A DNA stretch of 64,000 nucleotides. Source: Anthoceros angustus (taxonomy: Eukaryota; Plantae; Anthocerotophyta). The stretch is taken from NCBI GenBank assembly GCA_010909165.1, contig VJWM01000108.1, forward strand, positions 992,001 to 1,056,000. The letters run 5' to 3'. Shown here piece after piece: positions 12,873 through 24,296 of the stretch (the stretch's first letter is position 1; every line of letters starts with the position of its first letter). Position numbers and translations under genes: made by a program. The notes beneath the pieces were generated by a model. The model was not told where the DNA came from and searched no databases. It saw only the letters and a list, made by a program, of their open reading frames with translations.

Positions 12873-13972
12873 GAAAGAAGAACTGGCTAGTGCGCCAAAG
12901 GTGATCTGTTGCGTGTGGGAATTGGAAGTCAGGAGGAGACAAAGGATTGTGCTGTGCTCCGCTTTGTACAAGCACCCAGCAGGGTCTGCCAAATTGCAAC
13001 ATTAGGCAATTTGGCTTGGATCTTGTCAAAGCTAGTGCCTCAGCAAGTCTGAAGCTCGCCGAAAAGATCCATTCCGCATGTTCAGCGGTCCTCCCTTGAA
13101 GTGATCCAGTGTTGTCAGCTCACACCCTCTAGTATCGGCCCCTTGATGACACGAGCGCTACATGACTGGAGATTATCAGTACACTAAGCAATGTGGAGTT
13201 GTCTGGCCGTGTGCCAGTTTCCGGATCAGGGCCAAGATTACCTGGCTGCCCATCGCAGGATAGCGCCTGGAGTAAGGAGTGATTCCAGGTGGCCATGGTC
13301 TTCTGGGCCACGCATCAAACACCTGCTATGCGTTAACCTTACTCCTGAGTTCCCGTTCATGTTATTCCAATGCACCCTGACCTTCTATACATGTTAATCA
13401 AACTGCGGGCGGCCTACACAACCTCCAATCCCTTTGCTCTAAAGTCTGTGCTTTTAACGACTCAAAGGGGCCACACTTGGTCATGCCTGCAGCAGCAAGC
13501 TTATGTGCACGTCAGCGAATTGGGCTCAGCAGCGCCCTCCTCCTGCGCACCACTCTAGAGACAAGCATGATTTGAAAAAAGCAAAGAGGCAAGCATGTAT
13601 TGAAAGGAACATCACAGCTGTGGGGAATGGATGAAGCAGGGCATACACCGCAGACATAGCGGGGGAAGGACTTGTACATTGGGATACGATTCGCTGAGCA
13701 TTCTTCTGCTAATAAACACTTCGTTCAAAGCGATGGCACCTAAACCCTAAACCCTTCAACACAAACAATTCCAACCATGTTGAACTACCTGTTTTCCTTC
13801 TCCTTGCCCTTGAGAGCAGAGACTGCAGAATGCGCGTCCCTAAATTCCTAATCCGCCGGCATGTTACTGTTCAAATGCAAACGCGCGGTACAAAATCCTG
13901 GAGATGCGAGACCGCAGTAACCGGTGCGCCGTGGACGGGTACGTAAGGAAGAGAATCAATCACCTTTCCTTC

Positions 13973-14505
13973 TTAGGGCTGAAATCTCCAAGTAGTCTTG
14001 GACAGAAGAGAGGCCAAGCCGACGCCCTCGCTCTGGAAGTAATATCTGCTACCCAATCCAGTTCCCTGAACTATCAGAGATGGCCTGCAACAGGCAGAAG
14101 CAGCGAGTGCTCAGTTCGCAGGAAAATCGAGAGCAGAATCCTACTCACATCAGTTGACAGAGTTGGAACCTCCTGAACTCCATATGATTATCCCGACCAT
14201 TAGGCAAGGAGAGGGAGCGGAGAGGCAGACCAAACCAAACCCTATGCTGCTGAACAACATTGGCACGGGAGGGGTTAGAGCACGCACGTCATGGCAACGG
14301 AGGATGCTGAGAAGGAGCACAGAGCCGAAGCAGCTGATGGTGGCGCGAAAGCAGCAGCAGCAGCACTTGATTCGGCGGCGAAGGTGGAAAAGCCCTGCCG
14401 CTGCTTGTGCTTAGCATTCGAGGCACACAAAACATACACTCTCCGCCTCCGCTTCACCACTCTGCAATGCTCACAAAGCCTCTTCACAGCTGACCGCACC
14501 TTCAT
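13973..14505 (-). CDS. rpl36: Nuclear-encoded mitochondrial ribosomal protein bL36m, 3 coding exons (14505-14288, 14172-14149, 14084-13973), 117 aa
   Basis: [39 protein letters not shown]36 zinc-ribbon core; GT-AG introns 14287-14173 (GTGCGT..TTCAG) and 14148-14085 (GTGAGT..TGCAG) keep frame and give a C-terminal GVGLASLL like plant mitochondrial L36; probable 3'UTR intron 13963-13898. Confidence 0.9.
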
Positions 14506-14834
14506 CCTGGCAGGACTCGCCTGAACCTAGCCTGCTGCGGCCTCCTCGGATCTTCTCCTCCCACGACCTTGCCTTGCCGCGTCCGCCACCGATCTCAACC
14601 CGGTTCAGACCAACGCGGGTCTCCCTCAATAGTCTGAATCGTCCAAACGCAGCTGTATCCACTCGACTACAGCAGCTAGAATTACCCAGTGATATATCCA
14701 CATATACCGTAGAGGCCATCAGGGTTCCGATGTTCCAATTCGCTGGTTTTGATGACTTCAAGGTGGTGTCGTCATGAAGACCTAGGGGTCGTGCTCTAGT
14801 GTCATCTTCCGGCATCGATCCCGGCCCCTGACCG

Positions 14835-17800
14835 ATGGCCACTGTATGGCAACCAGATCCGGTGTGGACCCAACAAATTGGCGTGTCTCCAGGGCTTCTT
14901 CGAGGAGATCTTGCTCACCTCACCTTCGGGAGTCAAGTTGTGCCAAACAACCCAGCATCCAGGTGCAGCAGTGTAAGGAGCCCAGCACTTCCACTTTCGA
15001 CGAAATGGGTGGGTGGGGAAAGATTGTCCAGCGATCACAGTCACCAGGAGCAGGAGCACTTGTGGCAACAATTTTTTCTCGATCCTACCATGTGGTGGGA
15101 CAACAGACGAGATAAGAAGAGCTCACATTTGCCTGACTTCCGACGAAAAGGGTCCAACGAGGTCCTGTGGTTAAACAGCATGCTGAAGCCAGCTTGGGTT
15201 GACGAGCAACTCGTTTCTTTGGATATGCAGATGGATCATTGTGCCTCTCCTTCCAAGTCGCGCTCTCCAGATAAGCCTGAACCTGGCACGCGTGCAGGAT
15301 CGGAAATGGACGTCGTGGCCGTGCGCACGTTATGTCAGCAGGGGAAGCTTTCTGAGGCCATTGGAGCCCTGGAATCACTGGCGGAGGCAGACTCTGCTAC
15401 TCCCCAGACTCTGCTTTACACTGTGCTAAAACTGTGTGCAGGTCGAAGGGATCTGGTTTTGGGGCGACGGGTTCATGACCTCATCGTCAAACTTGGGTAC
15501 GAGTCGGATGCGTACTTGGCGAACCATATCTTGCGCATGTATGCATCTGTAGGTAGGCTGCAGGAGGCCATGGATGTGTTCACCGGGGTTGGAAAACCAA
15601 ATGCCTTCATGTGGTTTTCCATAATATCTGCATATGCTAAGCATGGGAAACCTAAGGAGGCCATACAACTATACAATGAGATGCGTAGGTCAGGAGTGAG
15701 GGCGAGTCCTCACGTTTTTGCAGCTGCCCTTCAAGCTTGTGCATTTGCTTCCGACTTGGAATCTGGAAGGAAAGTGCACTGTGATGTTTTGCACAGTGGC
15801 CTTCCTCCCGACTTGGTTGTTGGAAACTGCCTGGTGGACATGTATGCAAAATGTGGCGAACTGGAAGATGCACGCCGAGCCTTTGACAGCTTGGCGACAA
15901 AGGATGTGGTGACATGGACGTCCCTGATTGCTGGGTATACACAGCAAGGGCTCGGCCAAGAGGCGCTTGTACTGTATGGGCAAATGGAGCAAGAGGGCCT
16001 GATTTTGGCTGACCGAGTTACTTTTGCTTGCCTTCTGAAGGCCTGTGCGGGCACTGGTGCCTTGCAGAAGGGCAGGCAGCTGCACTCACTGATTGTCAAA
16101 AGAGGACTCCTGCATGAAATACTGGTGGGCAACTGCCTGGTGGACATGTATGCAAAATGTGGTGAACTAGACGCTGCACGCCAGGTTTTTGACAGCATGG
16201 CCACAAAGGATGTGGTGACATGGACGCCCTGATTGCTGGGTATGCACAGCAAGGCTCAGCCAAGAGGCGCTTGTTCTGTATGGACAAATGGAGCAGGAGG
16301 CCTCATTTTGGCTGACCGAGTTACTTTTGCTTGCCTTCTGAAGGCCTGTGCGGGCACTGGTGCCTTGCAGAAGGGCAGGCAGCTGCACTCACTGATTGTC
16401 AAAAGAGGACTCCTGCATGAAATACTGGTGGGCAACTGCCTGGTGGACATGTATGCAAAATGTGGTGAACTAGACGCTGCGCGCCAGGTTTTTGAAGTGC
16501 TGCCTAGAAAGGATGTGGTGACGTGGACGACCCTGATTTCTGGGTATGCAGAGCAAGGCCTCGGTCAAGAGGCCCTGGTTCTGTATGGACAGATGGAGCA
16601 AGAGGGCCTCATTTTGGCTGACCGTGTGACTTTTGCTTGCCTTCTGAAGGCTTGTGCTAGGACTGGTGCCCTACAGAAGGGCAGGCAGCTGCATTCACTG
16701 ATTGTGGAAAGAGGGCAGCTGGACAGATGGTTGGGCAACTGCCTGGTGGACATGTATGCAAAATGTGGTGAACTGAAGGATGCACGCCAGGTTTTTGATA
16801 GCTTGGCTTCAAAGGATGTGGTGACGTGGAATGCCCTAATTGCTGGGTATGCACAGCAAGGTCTTGGCCAAGAAGCGCTTGTTCTGTATGGACAAATGGG
16901 GCAAGATGGCCTCATTTTGGCTGACGATGTTACTTTTTCTTGCCTGCTAAAGGCCTGTGCAAGCACTGGGGCCTTACAGACTGGCAGGCAGCTGCACTCA
17001 GAGATTGTGGAAAGAGGACTGCTGGATAACGTAGTGTTGGGCAACTGCCTGGTGGACATGTATGCAAAATGTGGCAAGCTGGAAGTTGCACGCCAGGTTT
17101 TTGATAGCTTGTCCATGAAGAATGTGGTCACATGGAATGCCTTGATAGGCGGGTGTGGTGCCTGTGATGAAGGTTACAATGCAGTAGCTTGTTTTGAAGA
17201 GATGTTAGTTACTGGTGTGCAGCCTGATGATACAACTTTTACTTGCCTTTTGGCAGCCTGCAGTCATGAGGGGCTGGTTCATGAGGGTTGCAAGTACTTC
17301 GATTCCATGGCTGAACAGCATGGCATCAAACCTTCTATTGAGCATTACACTTGTATGATCGATCTTCTTGGTCGTGCCGGCCAATTAGATGAGGCCGAGG
17401 ACATGCTATTGTCATGTGATGACCAAAGCAATGTTGTGGGGTTGACGTCTTTGCTGAATGCCTGCAAGACTCATGGGGATATAGAAAGGGCGACCCGCTG
17501 TTTTGAAAGTCTGATTAGACTGGAGCCTCAGAATGCATCAGCATATGTGCTCATGGCCAATGCCCTAGCAGACGCAGGGAGGTGGATTGATGTAGAGAGG
17601 ATTGAAACACAGAGGTTGGTAGCAGGAGCTAACAAGAAACCTGCAGTGGCAGGCATTGAGGTGAAGAAGCAGGTACATACATTTCTGGTGGGAGAAAACA
17701 GGGATGATCTTGCTCTCAAGGTGGAGAGCATGAGTGCACGCCTCAAGCAGGAAGGGGGCCACGTGCCTCACACAAAGTTGGTTTTGAAGCCACTGGGTGA

Positions 17801-18038
17801 GAAGGAAAAGGAAGACGCGCTTTGCGGGCATGCTGAGAAGCTAGCTCTGGCGTTTGGTCTTTTGAACACTCCAAGTGGCACACCTCTTGTGGTAACCAAG
17901 AATCTACGCATGTGCAGTGACTGCCACAGTTCGACCGAGATCATGTCGAGGGTTGAAAAAAGAGACATTGTTGTAAGGGATGGGTACCGTGTGCATCGAT
18001 TCGCAGCTGGTTGTTGCAGTTGCAAGGGTCGACCGTGA
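14835..18038 (+). CDS. PLS-class PPR-E-DYW:KP (GRP-type) protein with N-terminal PDF motif (PPR-C); frameshifts ~16225-16300
   Basis: ORFs 14835-16232 and 16233-18038; 5 MYAKCG motifs; KKPAVAGIEV, HAEKLA, CSDCH, CSCKGRP*. Confidence 0.93.
15054..15212 (+). other. OSB-type PDF motif of PPR-C
   Basis: [53 protein letters not shown]. Confidence 0.8.
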
Positions 18039-18414
18039 GAATGAGTAAGGTCAAGTCAGTCCGCAGAAGGTGAACTGTGGGAGTGGGGAGTCGTTCGAAG
18101 AGGAGGTGGGCGCGAGAAGAGTGTGCTGTGCCCCACTGTCGACAAGCGCCCAACAGGGTGGGCCAAACGGCAGCATTGGGCAATTTTCCTTTGATCTTAT
18201 CAAATATAGTACCTCATGAAGTTAGCCTCCTTGGCCCAGAAGATTTACCACGCATGTGCAGTGGTCCTCACTGGAAGTGCTGCGGTGTTGTCCGCGTCTA
18301 CCACCAAAGTCCTTCCTCCTTACTAACCAGACCAGTACAACAAACAACAGACAATACCAGACATGCAGACTTCGTCTACTAACCAATCTGGCGCGGTCTG
18401 GCCCTTTGTGATTT

Positions 18415-18680
18415 CAAACATATTTTTCGAAATGTTTTTCCTCTAGCTTAATTCATTTCTTTATGAACTTAAGGTTGGAGTATGTTCTTAACCACCTAGT
18501 TTCCTGTTTAGTGGGAGTTAAGCTCTGTCGTTTGGCTCTTTAGGTAGCTAATTCTCATCCCTACTTCATAGTGAGTGAGAGTGGTGAAATAGTGGGTGAG
18601 AGTGCTGAAATATTTGACATATTAAGGCCCAATTCATAAGGTATCCTTTAAATTCTAGAATTAACATTATTTATTCCTTA
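18415..18680 (+). repeat. Copy of AT-rich dispersed repeat (also ~22058-22377 and ~62682-62997)
   Basis: aaacatattttt(c/g)gaaatgtttttcctctagcttaattcatttc...taacattatttatt shared; the remainder resumes at ~20219-20280. Confidence 0.8.
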
Positions 18681-18701
18681 TTTTCTTTTCCTTCTATTTT
18701 G

Positions 18702-18939
18702 GTAGATCACGTGAGGTCAAGATCCAAAGAGATAATTGTATGCTATATATGTATGTCCTAGTGGAAAAGACTATCATAAAAAGTAGTTACACTTCTAAGA
18801 TAGTATGTTATACATGCATGTCTTAGTATGAAAGACTACCATAAAGAGTGATTCCTCACTATATATACGTATATCATAGCAGGAAAGACAATATATCATA
18901 TAAAGTGAGTATACAGTTATTGCAAAAAATTAGCACTTG
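18702..18939 (+). repeat. ~235-bp segment upstream of SAUR, second copy at ~60946-61181
   Basis: cacgtgaggtcaagatcca...gcaaaaattagcacttg nearly identical at both loci; contains CACGTG and TATA-like tracts. Confidence 0.85.
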
Positions 18940-18969
18940 TTCTTGCAGCAACCAATTTGATAGTTCAAA

Positions 18970-19386
18970 ATGAAATCAAAACAAAACTCCATTAACTTTC
19001 TAAAGCCGTTGCTGGGTCTTAGAAGCAATGCATGTGATGAGGATAGCAATGGAAAAGAAAGCAAGAAGCCTATGAAATGGTACATAGCTGTGGAGGTGGG
19101 GGATGAAAGGATTAGGTTTCCTCTTTCAATGGACGAGCTCAACCATGCCTTGTTCAGGCCCTTATTAGACTATACGGAGGCTGAGTTTGGCTTTCTTCAA
19201 AAAGGCAACTTGCGTATTCCTTGCAATGTAGAATTGTTCAAGAGATTGCTTCAATTTATCAGGAGTAAGCCACCGATACCAACTTCAACCTATCAAAGCA
19301 TTCTTCATCATCATTGCACACGGAAGTTGGCTTTATGTCACAAGTGTCAACAGCTGAACCCGATGACAAAAAAAATTATTGAGTAG
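18970..19386 (+). CDS. SAUR (small auxin-up RNA) family protein
   Basis: WYIAVEVGDERIRFPLSMDELNHALFRPLLDYTEAEFGFLQKGNLRIPCNVELF matches the SAUR core (AVYVG...RF....LNHPLF..LL...EEEFGF...G.L.IPC...F); intronless. Confidence 0.85.
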   Translation: MKSKQNSINFLKPLLGLRSNACDEDSNGKESKKPMKWYIAVEVGDERIRFPLSMDELNHALFRPLLDYTEAEFGFLQKGNLRIPCNVELFKRLLQFIRSKPPIPTSTYQSILHHHCTRKLALCHKCQQLNPMTKKIIE

Positions 19387-19959
19387 ATTCCTCTTTCATA
19401 ACGTTGTAGTCCCTAGTAGTTGGCACACGTAATGATGGGAGAATATGCAAACATGAGAATCAAGGTTGGAAGAATATGCGGACGGTGTGTCAAATGTGCT
19501 TAGTTTCAACTCGTCTGAAAAGTTAGCTTAGCCATAACTTTATTACTTTATTTTCAAAACGAACCTCCCAGAGAAATATGAAGGTAGAAAATTGTAAGTT
19601 AGATTTTTAAGTTACAAGACTTCATGGAGGGTACGAGCAGACAACACTCCATCACTTCCATGGTGAACTACTGCCACATGTGTGGTAGATCTATTGGGCG
19701 AGCAAGAGAACTTGACGAGGTACTACTAGCTCTCACAAGATCATAGCCAAATTGCCTCATGCTACCGTTGCCACACCCTGTATGACGCTCGTCGAAAGTG
19801 AGCACAACAAAGTCCTCCATATTATGACAATCACCTCCCATTGGAATGTCTCCCGTCTCCCACGTGCTGTTAACAGTTCACCTGCGCATGCCTAGTTCTT
19901 CTTCATTCTCGCAGCTCTTCAACATGACCAAAGGGATTTAAAGGAGCCCGAATGAAGAG

Positions 19960-20110
19960 TGCCCTAATATGTTAAGTATTTCATCAAGTTAGGGAGCATG
20001 GGTTGAGGCATTGCAGGTGTTTAATACATTGCCCAAAAGAAACATGGCCACTCGGCATGCCCAGATTGAAGGCTACTCCTGTGAAGGAGATGGTGACGTG
20101 ATATTAACAT
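19960..20110 (+). pseudogene. Degenerate PPR motif fragment
   Basis: Reads LGSMVEALQVFNTLPKRNMATRHAQIEGYSCEGDG, a decayed S/P motif junction distinct from the three intact paralogues. Confidence 0.55.
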
Positions 20111-20998
20111 GCTCTGAAAATCGCAGACGGCCAGACCGCCACATTGTTTAGTATATAAAGTCTGTAGATTTGGTGTTGAATGATATTGATATTTTTAAAA
20201 ATTAAAATTATTTAATTTTTAGGGTTAGAATTAGTTTAATTAGTTACTTAATTGGTTATTTGGTTATAACAACCTATAACACACCTACTTCACACAAATA
20301 TTATGTACTTTCTATTATTATAATCAATGCATAAGATCCTTTGAGCAAGTCCTTGATTCTCTTCATGGTTTCATAGCCATGATTTTTGTACTAGTGTAGA
20401 GGATGCATCCTCTGTATCATCAATGACACATATTGCAAGATGCCAAAACGCAAGACTTTGACGCGGTCCACGCTAATGTGTGATCTGAGGGAGGATCTCA
20501 ATAACACCACCGCCCGTTCTAGACTCATCTACTCGGACTGTCGCGAGGGCAAAGCTCAGCGATTTCCTACGTGCATTGCCACTCCGATCCTCATTATCCA
20601 ATCAACGGAATCGCGTAGCGTCAATCAAGATCCTGCTTCACTCCACAAGTCACTCGGTGTGGTAAGAGCTTCTAGATCCTTTTCAAAACGGAGACGACCA
20701 GACAAGAAAGATAAGCACAATGAACTTATGAACTGCTTTTCCTCGTGCTTGAGTGCCTCCGTGGGTCAAGGTACAGACGCCAAAATGTTGCTGCTATCCA
20801 GAGAAGTTGCTGCCTGTTGATGTCGTGTGTAGGGCTTGCTGTCCAAAAGGCAATCATGTCCAGAGATGCTGCAACCATGGAATGGCATGAAGAAACGGCA
20901 GCCAAACTCAATGTGAAAAGGCGCGCATGCGTCTATTTGCGGACGCGCGTGCATCCTTGAGGACGTGCCTACATGCTTGAGAGCGTGCCTGCAAGTGT

Positions 20999-22933
20999 GC
21001 ATCGACGCACGCTGAACCGGCGCCTCACACCTTGCGGCCGTGCCCCTTGGTCACCAGTGTTGCCACTTTCGTGAAGATGCCTATGTCGAGTTCATGTCTT
21101 TTTTTGCACACTGCTGCACACAAAAGTTGCTGGATCGATATGCATGACATTCGATTCATCTGGTTATGAGGCAAAACCGGATAGCTGATGAATGGTTCAG
21201 GTCAGGTGGCATGTCCACGAAGGGTCTGACCTTATCTAATGACAGGATGTGGAATGTGTGGGCTTGGTTATATTGTTGGAGAAAATGGTGATCAAAAAGA
21301 AAAAGGTGACATAGGCATATTTGATTTCCCTTGAGTGCATTAAGGTGATTATCTTCTTTCTCTAATGTGGTTGAAAAGCATGTGCCTAACGATGTATGAC
21401 TGTTGTTTTGTGTAGCTGATGCTACTACAGACACACCTTGGCCTACGTGTGAGAAGGTGGTGACTGCCAAGCCTATTGGAAACAATTTGGGGTTCTACAA
21501 GCCTGGCCTGCTCCCACTGGGTGATTATGAAAAGAAGGTTTATGTAATTACCCTAGGAGTAGGTGACAAGAATAGCATCGTCCCAGATTGCTACGTGTGT
21601 GAAGAGGCTAATATGCATGTGATGAGAATTGCATGTGTCCCATGTGAAGCATTTCGAGGGCATACCAAGCACGTTTTCCGTAAGTGCCTATGGTGCTAAA
21701 AATACTATATTTGTAATATGAAGGCTACATGGAGTGCAGACAAGGTGGGTGGAGGGAGGCCGCCATTGCCGCCACCGCGCCGAGGTGTGCCGAGTACCGA
21801 GAGCCGCCGCGCCTCCATGCAATATAGGTGCTCTCGTGGTCGATTTGCAAGGCGCCATGGCCACACCGCATCAACCAGCCAACACCTATCATAGATGGAT
21901 TGCAACGGGTTTCCCTATGCACCCGTTTTTGGTTGGTAGATGGGCCATGGGACATTATTCCGTTTATTTTAAGCAATTGATATTCCATAGTACTCGTATT
22001 GGGCTATGTAGGCATTTCCCGTATTCATGTTTTCCTTGTATTTAGGTATTTTCTTTAAAACATATTTTTGGAAATGTTTTTCCTCTAGCTTAATTCATTT
22101 CTTTATGAACTTAAGTTTGGAGTATGTTCTTAAGCACTTAGTTTCCTATTTAGTGGGAGTTAGGCTATGTCGTTTGGCTCTTTAGGTAGCTAATTTTCAC
22201 CCCTACTTCATAGTGAGTGAGAGTGATGAAATATTTGACATGTTAGGCCCTATTCATAAGGTAGCTAATTTTCACCCCTACTTCATAGTGAGTGAGAGTG
22301 ATGAAATATTTGACATATAAGGGCCCTATTCATAAGGTATCCCTTAAATTATAGAATTAACATTATTTATTTCTTAGGGCTACAACTAGTTTAATTAGTT
22401 ACTTAATTGGTTATTTGGTTACAACAATCTATAACAGCGTGTGGGTGGAGAGGGGTTTCTCCAGTGACCCCATTTTGCACACGCCCGAACTTGCGGATGC
22501 CAAATTGCACGCTGAAAAATCCGTATTGAAAACAGCAGTTTTGAAGAGTTTAGGTCTTATTTACGCATTTACAAATGTATTTGATTTTATACTTTATCAA
22601 ATTATGAGGTATCCTAAAAGAAGGCCACTCTCACGACCAGCACGTGTACCAACGTTTACAGTTTTAGGGCCTCTGCTGTGATTCTGATGCGCAAACAAGT
22701 TTGCGCAACAACTTTTCACTCGTACCAGTCAATCCTAAGACTATACTCTCACTATGTGAATTCTATAGGACTTTGTTTCTCAAACATTGGCACGATAGTA
22801 TCTTCATTGATCTAATGCTCTTGATCCGCGTGCAATGCGAGAATGAGATTGGTATGGTAGACCTGCACTTGGAGCTGGGCGCACGCCAAACGTCTCAAGA
22901 TTCAAAAGAATGGTTCTCACTCTAGTTCAAAGC
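20999..22933 (+). repeat. Duplicated block, copy 1 (copy 2 at 62252-63546); has ~640 bp extra at ~21164-21802
   Basis: Near-identical from gcatcgacgcacg to ctagttcaaagc; no recognisable protein. Confidence 0.85.
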
Positions 22934-24190
22934 TGTCATGCCGTGTGATACTAATCTATGCACTTGGGTTTAGTGTTTGATTAGCATTAATTAATCTAAT
23001 TACTTATCTTTAAGTAAGTGATTAGTGTTAATTAATCTAAGATGCTTATGCTAATTAAGCATTGATTAGTGTTAATTAATCTAAAGTGCTTATGTTAATT
23101 AAGTGTTGATTAGTGTTAATTAATCTAATGTGCTTATGTTAATTAAGCATTGATTAGTGTTAATTAAACATGGTTAGCAATAGCTAAGTGGATAAGCTCA
23201 AGTAATATGCTTTGGCATATTCCTTGCATATTATAGTGTATTCTTAGGATACAATAGCTAAGTGGATAAGCTCAAGTAATATGCTTTGGCATATTCCTTG
23301 CATATTATAGTGTATTCTTAGGATATTTCGCATATCGATGCCAATAGGATATCTTAGGAATATGCCGATGCCAGGTCTAGTATATATAGACCCTTCCATT
23401 GAGGACAAGCTCAGATCATAGCTTGTCCTCTAGATATGCAATGCAAGAGCGTTGTGAGGAGGCCAAAGCTATGACTCCGAGAGCGATGTGTGAGGAATTT
23501 GCGTGTTGTTCTCGTGGGGAGAGTGTGTTTGTGCCACGACGCGAGCTACTCCTCCTGTTGTTACAAGCTATGATCTCGCACGCTAGTGATGCCAGCGATG
23601 CCAGCGATGCTAGGCGATGCTGCGATGCTAGCGATGCTAGCGATGCTAGGCGATGCCAGCGATGCTAGGCGATGCCAGGCGATGCTAGGCGTGCTAGCGA
23701 TGCTGCGATGCTAGGCGATGCTAGGCGTGCTAGGCGAGGCTACGCGAGGCAACGCTAGTTCTTTAAGCAAGTAGGCAAGGGACTCAAAGTGTGCCCAAGG
23801 CTTAAGGCCAAGAGGAGGAGGCGGCCCAAGTCCAAGGCCAGAGGAGGAGGAGAAGAAGCCTGCCCAAGGCCAAGGAGAGGAGGCCCAAGTCCAAGGCCAA
23901 GGAGAGGAGGCAAGAAGCCCAAGTCCAAGGCCAAGGAGAGGAGGAGAAGAAGCCCAAGCCCAAGGCCAAGGAGAGGAGGAGGCAAGCCCAAGTCCAAGGC
24001 CAGAGGAGGCAAGAAGCCCAAGTCCAAGGCCAAGGAGAGGAGGCAAGAAGCCCTACCAAGGAGAGGAATGAGGCCTCCACAAGGGGGGCTGGCCTTTTAA
24101 GGCCAACCAACCAAGGGAGAAACAAGAGTATTTTACTCTTGGGCCCCGGATTCCAAGGGATAAGGGGGAAGCGGATAGACATGGGTATGT
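22934..24190 (+). repeat. Probable LTR/leader of the Gypsy-like element with several tandem arrays
   Basis: Begins TGTCA where block homology ends; ~39-bp AT array (~23020-23165), ~73-bp doublet (23178-23325), gcgatgcta array (23580-23745), ccaaggccaaggagagg array (23800-24065); TATA at ~23381; no partner LTR found. Confidence 0.5.
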
Positions 24191-24237
24191 CATCAGTCCA
24201 TGTGATTTCACTTTCTGTCCAAAAGTCCTAGTTTGTC

Positions 24238-24296
24238 AGCACCCCATCCAGGTACTGATCCACCCCACGGGTGCTTAACTCTGGAGTTCCTATGCC
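24238..24296 (-). ncRNA. 5S rRNA-derived fragment (internal control region)
   Basis: Minus strand GGCATAGGAACTCCAGAGTTAAGCACCCGTGGGGTGGATCAGTACCTGGATGGGGTGCT aligns by eye with plant 5S CCCATCAGAACTCCGCAGTTAAGCGTGCTTGGGCGAGAGTAGTACTAGGATGGGTGACC; not a full 5S gene. Confidence 0.65.

Noticed and set aside
13739-13754. cctaaaccctaaaccc telo-box near rpl36
   Set aside because: Lies 3' of the gene rather than in the usual 5' position; too short to assign
14275-14287. 76-aa single-exon rpl36 stop
   Set aside because: Falls in a predicted intron; the spliced model recovers the conserved C-terminus
3723-17131. Many long antisense or alternate-frame ORFs over the PPR genes ([13 protein letters not shown] type)
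   Set aside because: Shadows of the repetitive PPR coding strand
18676-20222. TTA target duplication implying PIF/Harbinger around SAUR
   Set aside because: No TIRs visible; TTA is common in AT-rich DNA
23711-24182. Low-complexity ORFs (GLGLGL, KPKSKA)
   Set aside because: Translations of a tandem repeat
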